Of a DNA stretch of 64,000 bases, positions 13,101 through 28,600 are shown piece after piece. The translations under genes and the position numbers were made by a program. Source of the DNA: Trichodelitschia bisporula (lineage: Eukaryota); assembly GCA_010356995.1 (NCBI GenBank), contig ML996700.1, positions 186,001-250,000 on the forward strand, written 5' to 3'. The notes under the pieces are model-generated. The model worked only from the letters and a program-made list of their open reading frames with translations. It was not told the DNA's origin and made no database searches. Within the stretch, counting starts at the first letter, position 1. Every line of letters begins with the position of its first letter.

Positions 13101-14486
13101 TTCCGCAGCCACCCGCTGTCAGAACATCACACAGTCCTTCTTCCATCTTCATACGCGTCCAGTGTACACTCATAACCGGTCGCACGTCTGTAACTCCTTC
13201 CCGGCATCTATTCCGCTTCCCTCGAGGCAGACAACTTCTCTGGAGCACTCACTCGGGTCGTTGTCACTGCTGCTGCCGCTGCCGTTCTACGCATTCTCGT
13301 CACCTACTGCGGTAGGAATCCGGGGATTTTTTGGTCCGCCTCACACCAGCTCCTGGGACGGGGTGCGGAGCTGTGGCGAACGAAATATCGTCGGTTGCTT
13401 CAAGTATGTACTCCGCATTGTATGATCGACGTAACCTGCAACCCAGCCAAAGAGGCGAGCAAACACCTCCTTACGAAGATGGAACCACACGAACCACTCA
13501 CATCTCACGCAGCGTCCCACCAATGACCCGCCTCAAACCCATATCGCAGCCGCTAAAGCACCTTCGAAACTAGCGCAGCATAAACAATCGAATCAAGCCT
13601 ACCAAGCGCTCCCACCAAAGCCCAACGGCTCCCTATATCCCCAAACTATCGCACAGCACATACGTGGCACGACAAAACCACAACCCTCGGCGCCCACGGC
13701 CCGACCGCCATCTCCGTCGCCAACACAATACAAACCCGTCTCCCCACCATCGGCCGCCCGTCGTCGCCGCCGCCGACCCCGCCAACAGGACGCACGTAGC
13801 ACCAAAACGGCTAAAGGGCGCACGACGCGGCGGCTCGCCCGCTCCGCATGTATGGTCCCCTGTCCCCTGTTGGACGCACGTCGCGATGGTGCGTGCTTCG
13901 GGCCGCGTCTTGCGACTTGCGCATTGCGGTGGTGATCAGGCTTTTGCGACATCGGGCGCAAGAAGGGGTGGGTGTTGGGTCGGCGAGATCCTTCTGTGGT
14001 AGAGGATGCTGCCGGGCGTTCATATGTTTGATAGGTTGATAGTACACTTCGGTGTGGTACCTTGGTGCTGCAGTGTACCTCTCGCACGATGGCTAGGTCG
14101 CTGCCCGATCTATGAATGGGTGTTTGAACGGGCGATCCAGTACCAGACGTGACCAAAGAGCCTTACGCTTTAACTTTTCACAAGACTCAGAGCACGAATG
14201 TACACCCAAATTAGGGTGAATGATCTTCCAATTCATGATCTGCTCCGCTATTGAATCTATGTCCATGCACCGTCTCGACCCATTATCAGCCGAAGAACGC
14301 CCCTTCTAGCATGATTCTGTTAACGGTTACTCAGACCCACGAAAAGTTCGGTACCCAACACCTGATCCAGTTGGCGACGGTTGACCCGCCCAGATGTAAG
14401 GTTGCCTCTATGCCATCTCGCAGTTGGGGCACTGTCATATTGCCCGAGTGCTGGCAACACGCAGACCTTGGCCAGTCTGCCTGTAA

Positions 14487-17089
<2,603 letters not shown>

Positions 17090-17877
17090 GTTGAACGGAG
17101 AGTCCAGGTGTTTGGCCTAAGGGTGAGTGTGGAGAAGGTTAGTATGTGCTTTGAAGAGAGTCGAGCCTTGTGCAGAGCCAGACCGTGGACCCTTCCCTCC
17201 TTTGTCTCTGCGGGTGGCAGCGAGGGGTGAACGGGTAAGTGGAAAGTGTACAGCGCAGGGGAGCTTTGGAGGTGGGGGAGGGAGATGCTTCGCGGTACAG
17301 CGACGATGGAAGAGAGGTAGGTGTTGCGGAAATGACGAAGGCGAGCGACGTTCAGCATCGGTGCTGCGCGCTCACGTGACTAAGAATTGCCAAGAAGATA
17401 GAAGGACGTGCCAGTGCGCCGCAGAAACCTTGGGATCGTGCCCACGACTACCGTGTCCCGCCGTACTTATAGTACCAGTACTACATCTTGCAACACCATC
17501 AGACTGTGAAACTCCTTTATATAACTTCCCTGATACGGCCCTTGGTTCTCCCTTATGAATGATGGCGTCCAATTGCAATGTTCATTCTTGGAGGAGGCTG
17601 ACATAATAGAGTCATAGAACTCGGATGTCAAGAGAAAGTTGCTCATACCCAGTGATCATTGTTGAGCGAGTATCAATTTTATCAGACAAAATCCAGATCC
17701 CTAAACACCTGACTGACCGTTATTCCCGTCTTACCCTTACATTGCTTGCAAACGAAACAACATGCCAGACTGCCTTCCTCATGATCGCATAGGCCGTCCA
17801 ACAATCGTATGTACCCGACTTCAACAAACAAACCCTGCGCCCAATCTACAACAACTCGCACCTACCTCTCCGAGCAC

Positions 17878-20800
17878 TTAAATTCGCTGTAGGTAGTTGC
17901 TCGGCACGAGCCCGGGTCGGTCGTTTCTTCCCACCACTTCCGCCTCCCACCAGCCATCATCCTGCTGATGAAGAACAGCCAATACATCTCCTTTGGCAAA
18001 TCCAAGCTCCTCAGGAATCTGTGGCTGATACAGATACATCGTGCGAGCTGCCGGATACGTTAGTCTGATCGATTTCAAGCCATCTGTCTAGCTTACCATA
18101 GAATAAGATTGGCCTACCCTCCCTAGAAAACTGCCTAGGCTCGGCGACACTCTTACTCCTGACTTGGGTGGCCACCTGCCCACTGCTTCCGTAGTCATTG
18201 GAGCCCCCATAGTACTGACTCGAAGGACGTCCGCGCACGCTGCCACTGTACTCGTTCTGGACAGCCGCGGAGGCGAGCTGAAGTGCCATGCCTTGCCCGG
18301 AGGCCGAGCCACGGCTGCTACTGAGCCGAGACTGGGCCTGGAACTGAGGCTGCGGAGAGAGGGCACGCGGAATGCTGGCGCTTGGTGAAGCCTGCCGGGA
18401 AGAGTACCCTCCGAAGTTCGTTACAGGTTTGGCCGGGCTCGTAGTGTTGGCACGCGGCCGGGCTGCAAAGGCAGGCTGGGGGGCGGTGGCAGCATATGGG
18501 TTTGGAGAAGTAGGCCTGTAGCTAGCCTGAGAGCCGGACCGATATCCCTGCTGAGAGGGCTCCTGGTAGCCCTGGGACTGCTGTGGTTGCTGGGGCTGTC
18601 TACTGTTTTGTTCGTACAGGCCAGGACGAGGACTTACACTCCGCGAAGGAGCCGGGCTCGTCGCGCGGATTACTTCTTGGTTCTGCCGCAAGTCTTGCTG
18701 ATCACTGCTTCCCCGGCCAGAAGGACGGGAGAAGTAGGACTGGCTCCGCTGGTGCGTTCGGCTCTGTTGGGAAGGGCTTTCGAATAGATTTTGCTTCTGG
18801 CTGACGTACTTCTTGGTGGTTTCTTTCATTGCCCTCGCGGTGTGAGCGGCCGGTGGAGCGCCGAGACGACTGACAGGCTGATCGTATGAAGGCGGTGGCG
18901 TTCCGCGTTGAGCAGCCGCAATGTGGGAGTTGACAAGTGGCGTTGGAACACTTCCAGCCGGGGTGCCAGGGTGACCTGGGGTTCCTGGAGGAGCAGGAGT
19001 CGCAAGTCCTGCATAACGGTCTGCCGAGACCCGAAGAGAGCCGGCCTTCGTGACCCCTTTGAGCTCCTCAAGCGCTTGAGCGATAGGATCCATTTCATCA
19101 TACGCTTGATTGCCACCGAAATCCCGGGCTTTCTTGTTGTCCGGGGACGCGACATCAAATAGGTTGTTTCCAACATTGAGCTGAAAGTTTGCGCGGGGAT
19201 CGACAGGCTCTGGGCTTGGTGATGGACGCTCATGGCGAAGTATGGTACCCCTAGAGCCTTGGCCATAGGTCCGGCTAGGAGTGTTATTGAGATCAATGCC
19301 TGCCTTGCGTGCGGTGGAGGGCGTCCAGGTGTTCCGGTTTGAAGGCGCAGAGGGCGAATTTTGCTGCAATGGGTTCTCCTTCTCGTGTTTGCTCTTGCGC
19401 CTAAACGGGCTGTTGAACATTCCACGCTTTTTGGGAGAGGGGTCCTCCTCGACTGGTGTAACTGTAGGTGAGTTCATTTGCTTCATGGGCGAGGGGACGT
19501 TGGGCGGTTCCATGCTGGAGAATGATGTCGGGTTTGAGTACTCACTTGTCGAATCTCTGCTGGGTGATCGCACAGGGCTTGCAGCCGAGCTGAGGTCCGA
19601 AGGAGGTCCCATGGGAGGGCCGGTGCGACAGAACTGCGTCATGCCATCCATGGGATACGGATCGTGAGGTACCGTGGGAATTTCAGAGGCCGACATGGCG
19701 AAGTTCCCCTGTTGATAAGGGTGCTGACCATTTGCCGTGCGCCGAGGATCAGGGTATGACTGTTGGCGCTGAGCTGCAGCGGCACTGGGTTGTGGCTTCT
19801 TCTGCACGGGCTCTTGTACAGGAGGCACCGGCTCCTTGTGGGCCAAATCCCTGGCCAAAGCAGAATTTGGGTCATGATGTGACTCGAAGACTGATGGCTG
19901 AGGAGACGAGGTACGAAGTGCTGGATTGATGGGCCGAGGGAACTGAGCAACTGTATAAGCCGCTTCGTCGGAGGCATCAGATGCTGAATCATTGATATCC
20001 CCGCGGCAGAAGTCAATGAACTTTGGAGGGTCTGGGATCTCCTGACCCGTGCCATGTTCCTTAATGAAGAAGGTGATATCCTTTTCGACGTCGCAGTCTT
20101 CAAGAGACAGCCGGATCTTCTCACAAGACTGTGCAATAGTAAGAGGAAGTCCCTGAAATATACAAGAATGGCTTACAGCATCATCGCTCACACAAACCGT
20201 GGAGGATATGTTAGCGAAAGTCCATAGGCTGCTCTTCATGAAGTCCAACCGCTCCTCTTCCAAGTCCTGGAATTTCTAGAGCCGAGTCAGCAAAATCAAG
20301 TGCATTATAGAGCTTACCCACATCGCAGCCAGCCTTCCAATCGCGATTCCAGCGGCCGGTGGTCTCCTCAAGTACCTTCACAGCCGCCTCGTACTCATTA
20401 CTGGTGCTGGAGAGTTGGACCTGGGTCTTTTCCAATTTGGCTTTATTCTTGCGCTCCTCCTGTCCCATAACCATGTGACCTTGAGCAAGGTAGCCCTTAA
20501 TCTTCAGACAGTCTTGTTCATAGCGGTCTCTGGCTTTGTTGACTTGGATGGTCTGTTGAGTCTTGAGCTTCAGGAGCTTCTCGATGCCGGTTTGTATGAT
20601 CTTGCGACGTTCCTTCATGCCACCCGCAAAAGCGGCTAGTGGTTCTTCGAGCTCGCTCTTCATCTGTCCAGCAATATTTTGATGAGCCTTTGCCATGGTC
20701 TCGACTTCTGAACGGATGACGTCAAAGGATAGGCGCAGTGTACCACCTTCGGCGGAGCCAAGAGGCTTGCGAGAGAGGTTGAGAAGCTTTCGGGCGTATT

Positions 20801-21071
20801 CTTCCTCGATGGCAGCGCGTGCTATAGACCTGTCAGTCTGCATCTCTCCCTAGGGGAACATCAGGCTTACTCGTGTAAAACGACTTCAGTTCGTCGCAAG
20901 TAACCTTCGCATTGTGCATGCGCTCGAGGAGAGGCGATACTCCAGCGTCATCTTTGCCCCAGAAGTTGTTTGCAACTGTCCCATGGTAAGCAATTCGATT
21001 TTTGATGCTGCTTCAGCAGACGTACAAGACCGTTGGACCGAGGGTGGCTCTGCCACCATTGTTCCAGGCAT
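17878..21071 (-). CDS. HOF1: F-BAR/SH3 cytokinesis protein (Hof1/Cdc15/Imp2 family); introns 20976-21025, 20822-20870, 20276-20321, 20129-20176, 18048-18096
   Basis: Spliced N-terminus SFANNFWGKDDAGV...RAAIEEEYARKL (FCH/F-BAR), GTGQEIPDPPKF, P/S/Q-rich middle, C-terminal SH3 (ELGFAKGD...DDGWWEA...GLVPSNYL). Confidence 0.92.
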
Positions 21072-21947
21072 TGTGCCTGAACGCCGCACCTAGAAATTCC
21101 AACACCAGTTTTGTGAAGACGAGGAGCGGGAACTCGGGAGAAGCAGCTATGTCATGTGTGTACAGGTTGATGGGAAGGGTGGTGTAAGTAGTTGATGTGG
21201 GGAATCTCCGGGACCAGGGTGTGTGAAACTTGAGGTTGCGGTACACATGGGGTATGTTTACCAGACCCGGGCGCCTCTGTTTCCGCGGCAACAACTACAT
21301 TAGCCACAACCGCCACCACATCACTTCTTCGAGGCACTTCGGACATTTGTGCTTGTGCTACTGTACAGTCAAAATAGCGTTGCATTTACTCCGTAGTCAT
21401 CCGTCGTATTGTCCATGCCTTCTTCGTGAGGTACAAGTGTTCTTTTAGAGTTTCACTTCAGGGACAGTCGCAGCCGTAGGGTATATTCTTGACTGGACCT
21501 AAATACTCGTAATGGCCGAACGTAGATTTGATGCAGCACCCCATTTCTCTCCCCCGTCACCCATTCTTTTTGGTTCACGTAACCTCACCATACGGTGTTC
21601 TCTCGAAGCTTGTCCTCTTGTACTACGTACATACCAGAGTTTAGACGAACCCCGGGCTCGTCGACATAGCTCCCTGAATGGAGTAGCGATTAGTTCTAGT
21701 AGTTCAAACGAGCGCGCGGCTCACTACTGCCCGTCTCTGGCAATGCAGATTGCTGATGAGGCTCGCGGCAGAGCAAAGGGCGGAGGCAATCAGGACCAAG
21801 CAAACGCAATTATTGTCACTACCACTCAACTTTAGTATACGTAGTTGGTCTGGATATTCTGGTACTGAGAGTGATAGGTGCTCTACATGAACTACCAATG
21901 TGAACGCGAAGGAGAAGTGATGGAGTTGGTGACTACGATAGCGGCTA

Positions 21948-22332
21948 GTAAGGGTGCTGAACCGACAATGGATATGATATGACAGTGTTGGGGCTCCAGT
22001 AATTTAAGTATTTCCTCCAAGCATGCAGAAAGAATATGTGGCTCTGTTGGCTGATACAGTACAAGTTACCGCACTGCAGTTGACGTCGGCAACAATTGCC
22101 ATTGATGCACGGTTTCGTGCTCTGTCCACGTTTCTAGGATAATCGGCGGGTAAGGGTGCTGAACTGACAGTGGGTATGATATAACAGTTTTAGGCCTCTA
22201 CCAATGTAAGTATTGGCTCTAAATCATGTAGGAATAGGTGGCTCTATTGCCCGATACGAGTTAGAGTAGTTGACGTCGTCAGAAATTGCCATGATGCTCG
22301 GTTTCGTGCTCTGTTCACGTGCCTGGGATAAT
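21948..22332. repeat. Diverged head-to-tail duplication, copy 1 21948-22143 and copy 2 22150-22332
   Basis: Both copies begin GTAAGGGTGCTGAAC, share TATGATAT, TAAGTATT, GTGGCTCT, AGTTGACGTCG, AATTGCCAT and CGGTTTCGTGCTCTGT, and end GGATAAT. Confidence 0.92.
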
Positions 22333-22681
22333 TGACATCCTGAGGAAGCCAAGGACAATAAAGCACACGTGACACCGGACACGGTTGCCCGCCGTCCGCG
22401 ACTCGCTGAATCGCTCGCTCACCTGCTACACTTGCCTGGTCTGCGGCTCCCGACAAGCCCGTTGGAAACTTCAACGTCTTGCAACCTCGCCTCCCCTTGC
22501 GCCCGCAAACCGACGTCGTCCTCCAACTCTACCATTACCCCTCCTCCGCATCCACCGTTGCAAGCCACCTAACCCACTCAACCCAATCCAACCTACCTCT
22601 TATTCATCTAGTGTTCCCGAGGCAGCTCCTTAATCCTTCACCCCGCCCGCGCGACCGCAAGCAAATGGAATAGCTGTCTAG

Positions 22682-25600
22682 ATGAGCCAGCAATTCTCGT
22701 GGGGCTCTTCTAGTCAGCAGCGCCGTGGCTTACCGATCTCGACTGGTCTCTCCGCATCGCAGAACGCCAGACTCCCGCCTCAATCAAGCAGTAGCCCTTC
22801 GCGAAGCACCTTCCCCTCACTTGGTCCAAGTCAAGCCCCAGCTGCCACGACTTCGACGCGACAAACCATCAGCCGCACTTCGTCCACCTCATCAACCTCA
22901 TCTCCCTTTTCTCCATCCCAAGGAGCACAGCAGCCTTCCTCGAGCCAGCTGCTGCCCTCCGCTAGGTCTAGAACCATAGCCGCCCCAGCTTCACAACTGG
23001 CTTCCTCCGCCGCAGCTGCCCCAGCGCAGGGAGGTGTTGGTACAAGCAGCGGCGGAGGAGGATCACGCGCCGCTAGAGCTTCACCGTCCCTGTCACAATC
23101 TAGTGATCTCGGGTCTCCTCTCGCTATCATAAATCCTACGTCTGCACCTTCCCTGGGGTTGCAATCTCAGTCTGTCCACTCTCTGGTCACCGCTCAGATC
23201 TCGGTCCTCCTTATTCAGCTGAACCAAGAAAAGGATAAGGCAAAGCGTGAAAATCAGGTGAAGACAATCACTTTGGTGCGTCTGCTGTCTCCTCTTTGCT
23301 CGCATTTCTAACTCCAGTTTAGTTGGCCAGTCAGCACGGGATGGAAGTGTTCGTGAAATATTACCGGCGGCTGCTCGCGAACAACGCTTCGCAAATCTTC
23401 GGCTCCAGCAACAATGCAGACTCCACTGGGAATTACCAGCTCCTAGTGACCGAAGTGCAAAAGATTCGGCAGGATCCGCACCAGGCCGTCAAGATTGCAG
23501 AATCCATTGATACAACCGAACCCGAAATCTTTCGCGATTTTGACGTGTCTACGTTTATGGAGCGCTTCCGAATGGACCCTGTCAGCAAATCCATGCTCGC
23601 GCTTTCGCTGAAGACGGCTTCGAAGGCGGACCTCCGTACAAAAGGTAAGTTCTGTGAGTGCCTGCTTGGTGAAGTTGCTTACGGTGCGTAGCGGATGCCA
23701 TTCTGTCCAACAACTTCCAGAATCTTCTCATGGCCATCAAGTCTCCCGAAAGTGTGGATGACATTCCTGTTCCCTATCTCTGCACTCTCCTGGAGCGTCT
23801 CATCCAAGATCCACCTCGGAACTGGAATGACGACAGTAAAGGCAATCTTCTTACGGCAGTGCGCGACAGGTTCGATAAGTTGAATCGACCGGTCCCGAAT
23901 GATGTGTGGGCTACGCTTCATCTAACCGAGCTACTGGGCCCAATCAACCAGCTCGTCAGGCTCGTGCAACGTACCGGACCCAGGGGGACTTCCAGTCTCG
24001 AAACTTGCCGGGAAATGTTGGCCGCTGCCGAAATCCGAGACATCAGCTACATGCAGGTTGCGAGCGTGCTTCTGTACATGGTCATCTCGCAGGGCGGTCA
24101 GGCCTATAATCCGGCCATCTTTGTCGCTGCTCTTCGCGATCATCGTCAAGGCAAGCGCCTTGACTGGCAGGATGTGGTCCACTCGTTCGATCGCGAAGGA
24201 CTCCGGGTAGTCAAGTCGCAGTTCCTTGCACTCTATAACGCACTCCTTCCCCTGGCCCTGGAGTATGAGAACTTTGACATCCAGCTGCTGTGGGGCGGGC
24301 AATGGACCCAACCAGAGACACAACTTTCCTTTGTAGTGGCTTTCTTGTCTTGCTCACCCGAAGAACTTGACGCAACGGAAATTCCGAGGCTGCGCAAGGC
24401 CTTCACCATTGAGGATTTCGAAGATGCTTCAGAGAACATTCGGGAATATGCACTCCAAGCTGTGCGTCACCCTCTGGTGTCCCTGGACGCGACGAGTGCT
24501 CTCTTCAACATGATATTCCAGTCCCAGGACACCTATCTGCACGCCACCAGCCTCAGAATTCCTGAGACTGTTATCAATCCACATACCGTCATCTTCATCA
24601 TTGCAATCGCAGCGCTGCCGAAACCGTGGGGCGGGCTTCAGGAGCAGGCATTCAAGCAGCTTTTTACGCCCTTTCTACGAAAGCAGCTGCGCGGCGACGA
24701 GTTTGTTTTTCACGGATTGTGGAAACGCGACAGCCGTTGGTTAGTCGAGAAGCTGATGGAAACCTACAACGCAGACCCTATGTCCATCACGTTCATTTTC
24801 CAACACGCAAAGGAGCACAAGTGGCTGGACACCTTGACGACCATCCACAGTGAGTTTGGAGTGGATCTCGCGGCTTTCGCCCACAGCCAGGGATCCCTGG
24901 ACATGGACAAGTGGTTAGAGCATGCGTTCCAAGCGTTGCCAGGCGTCTTCCCCGCCGCGCTTTCGGGCTTTGTTACCGACAAGGCTCGAGCTGAGCAAGC
25001 AACGCAAAAGGATCCCATGGCAGTTCCGCAGACCATGCCGCTAGCCGTTAAGACGGTCTACAGCTTTCTCAACTTCCTTTCACAGTACTTGCCGGATGAA
25101 AACCTCGTGGCTTTGCATCGCATGTGCATCAATGCCTATCCTCGGCTGATCAATTACGGAGAAGGCTTCGATCAAATCATCGATGCCAATGGCCAGGAGG
25201 GCAATGCAATGTCGCCCGAAGCTGATTTGGCGATGCAAGAGCATTTCAAGAAGTTGTACAACAAGGAGAGCGATGTTCGCGAGGTTGTTGAGGCCCTTAG
25301 GCGCTATAAGCACTCCGAAGATCCAGCCGAGCAGGATCTTTTTGCCTGCATGATTGCCGGCCTTTTCGACGAGTACAACTGTTTCGCTGAATATCCTGCT
25401 GATGCTCTCGCCACGACTGCCGTCCTATTTGGGAGCATCATCAACTTCAACCTCCTCTCGAGTATTGCACTGCAGGCTGGCCTAGCCATGGTTCTGGAGG
25501 CCCTGCAGATGTCTACCTCACGCGAGGAGAAGATGTATAAGTTTGGAGTCCAGGCGTTGATTAATTTTCAATCTCGGTTGCCCGAATGGCCGGCCTTGTG

Positions 25601-28600
25601 CGAGCGGTTGCTAGGTGTGCCGAATCTGCAAGGGACGGAGATTTGGCCCATCGCCGATGATGTTTGGCGCCGCCACATTCAAGAAAACCTCAATGGCGAC
25701 CGGCCCAATGGCGTGCAACGAAGCGGTTCTGAGGAATTTGCCGGAACGGAGCCTACAGTTCCGGCATTTACGTGTCTACACGTTGATCCGCCGCTGAGAT
25801 CGGACCTCTACGAAGATCCCGAGGAGGAGGTACAGGACAAGGTGCTCTTCGTACTCAACAATGTGTCGGAACGCAACCTCAATGAGAAACTTGGCAGTCT
25901 CAAAGAAGCTCTGGAAGAGAAGCACCTCCAATGGTTCGCTTCGTACATGGTTGAGGAGAGGGCAAAGCTACAGCACAACTACCAAGCTCTGTATCTCAAC
26001 ATCCTCGAGCTTTTTGACGACAAATCATTGTGGGCAGAAGTCCTTCGCGAGACATACATCTCAGTTTTCCGCCTGCTCAACTCTGAAACCATTGCCAACT
26101 CGGGTGAGGAGCGTAACCATTTGAAGCAGCTAGGCTCATGGCTCGGATCGCTCACGCTTGCGAGAGACAAGCCTATCAAGCACCGGAACATCTCATTCAG
26201 GGATCTCTTGCTGGAAGCGCATGCCAGCAACCGCTTGCTTTTCGTAGTCCCTTTTGCTTGCAAGGTCTTGGTGGCAGTTCAAGAGAGCAAGATCTACCGG
26301 CCTCCCAATCCCTGGACGGTTGAGATCCTGAGGCTGCTTGTTGAACTTTACCATTACGCCGACCTGAAGACGGTACTTAAGTTCGAGATTGAGCTCTTGT
26401 GCAATCGCCTGGGATACGATCACACTCATGTCGAGCCTGCAACCACCATTCGGAATGCTCTCAACTTCGAAGAGGAGTTCCCCGCTGGCATTCCTGACGG
26501 CTTAGAAGGCTTTACCGATCTGTCACTGGCTAGTCTCAACAGGCCCGGAAGCTTGAGAAGTGTCCACGAGCGGTTCTCCCCTGCCGCCATTGTCGCGAAT
26601 TTACCGGATATCAGCTCTCGGATTAAATATCCGAGCCTTGCCAACAACCTGACTCCGGAACAGGAGCGACAAATCTTTCTTCAGGCAGCCCAGCACGCCA
26701 TTAATGAGATTATCTTCCCGGTCGTTGAACGTTCCGTCACGATAGCCGCCATATCTGCCGCCCAACTTGTCACCAAGGACTTCGCGACAGAAGCAGATGA
26801 GGCTCACTTCCGTCATGCGGCCCATAGCATGGTGAAGGCCTTAGCTGGCAGTCTTGCAATGGTCACTTGCCGGGAGCCCCTGCGTATGAGCATGTCGAAC
26901 AATGTCCGCCAGTTGGCCCGGAACCTGCCTGGTGACGGGCTTCCAGAAGGTGTCATTGTTATGTTTGTCAACGAGAATGCCGACGCTGTCTGCAAAGTTG
27001 TCGAAGAGGCGGCTGAGAAGCATGCGGAGATGATCATTGACGACCACCTTCGAGAAGGAATCCAGATTCGCCAGGCGCACCGTCAGGCTGGGCACAAGGA
27101 TGAACCGTTTGCGTATCCTCACGTGCATCGGTACGCATATACCATCCCGGAACCGTTCAAGCCTTCGAGATTTGGCAGCTTGAAGCCCGAGCAGCTTGCT
27201 ATCTACGAGGATTTTGGCTCATCTCGTTCCATCTCCAACCATGTGTCGAACATCACACCCGACAATCGACCCCAGGTTCCGGACGTTATCCAAGCTGCTT
27301 TTGAGAGCTCAGTTCCAAATATGGCGACGCCTGGTGAAGTGCCTGCCCTGCTTCGTCAAGGTCCTCAACCACACGTTCTAGGCTTACAAGCTATGACTAA
27401 CGCCGGAAACCCGCAGTTCAATACCTTTCCAGAGCGACTGAATGTTGATCAACTGCTCTCTGAGCTCCACCGCGTCGCGAAAGAAGCCCCTGAAGAGCGG
27501 ATCAAGGATCTGATCCCCTCCACTCCCACTCGCGAGGTCTATGATCAGCTGGTTCAAGCCATTGAGGTTAATGGCGCCCTGCGTGATAAGGTCGCCGAGC
27601 ACATTGCTCTGCAGGTCATCCACTTCCTGTACGGGGAGGCAGAAGGCCGCCTGGAGATTGAACTCATGATTCAGCTACTTGCGCACCTATGCCAAATGTC
27701 GCCACTGGCGGCTCGGGCACTTTCTTCCACCCTGGCGCAGTTTGAGGACGACCGCATCTTTCATCCGCAGGTGACCATTTGTCTGCTGAACACTCGGATG
27801 ATAACATTCAACCGAATCGATATTTTGCTGGCTGAAGCCCTGTCGCAGCGCAAGTCGGTTGCACTGGAGTTCCTCGCAGAGCTTGTAGATGAGACCCTTC
27901 TAGTCGAGTACCCTGTTGCCCTCCGGTCAGACCTCGTTCATTCTATTGATGCGCTCAGCCACTGGGTCGCGGGAGATCCCAGTCTGGAGCTCGGAAAAGC
28001 CATCCTCAACAGGCTAGATGGGTCTAACGGTGTTCCTACTCCAATAGACCATCACCAACACCTGGAATACGTCTTCGACGAATGGGTTCAGCTTTCTCGC
28101 CCGGAGCTCATCGACAAGCCAATCATGACTTACATCCAGCAATTGCACAAGCAAGGCCTGTTCAAGGGCCGGAACGAGACCGCCAACTTCATTCGGACCT
28201 GTCTGGAGATTTCTATTGCGTCGTACGAACAGGAGGAAGCGTTTCCATTCGGCGGCAGTCTGGATACGGCGTATCTACAGATTGATGCCCTCGCCCGCTT
28301 AATCGTTGCGCTTGTTGTCTATCAAGATGAACCACACGGTGCGGTGAAGCCAAGCAAACCTGCTTTCTTGGAGACGATGATGAGCCTCCTCATCGTCCTC
28401 CAGGTACATCACAGCCAGGCCCGGGGAGAGCATGCAAACCAAAAGGTTTTTTACAGGCTTTACTCCAGCATACTCTGCGAACTGGCCAGCGTCCAGGCAA
28501 AAATGCTTGAACAGTCTTATCCCGATATCTTGCTTGTTCTCGCGAAGGCTTTCGTGGCCCTCCAGCCCAAGTACTTCCCTGGCTTCGCTTTCTCGTGGTT

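Noticed and set aside
13435..14156. Several overlapping open frames in a C/A-rich stretch
   Set aside because: The composition explains the scarcity of stops, and there is no start/splice model or domain I can support.
21753..21780. CTGATGAG-GCTC-loop-GAGC-AAAG resembling a hammerhead ribozyme core
   Set aside because: It lacks the required GAAA after stem II, and I found no stems I/III.
21948..22160. GGGTGCTGA and GGATAAT resembling a TPP riboswitch
   Set aside because: No CTGAGA/ATACC core or P4-P5 pairing, and no thiamine gene nearby.
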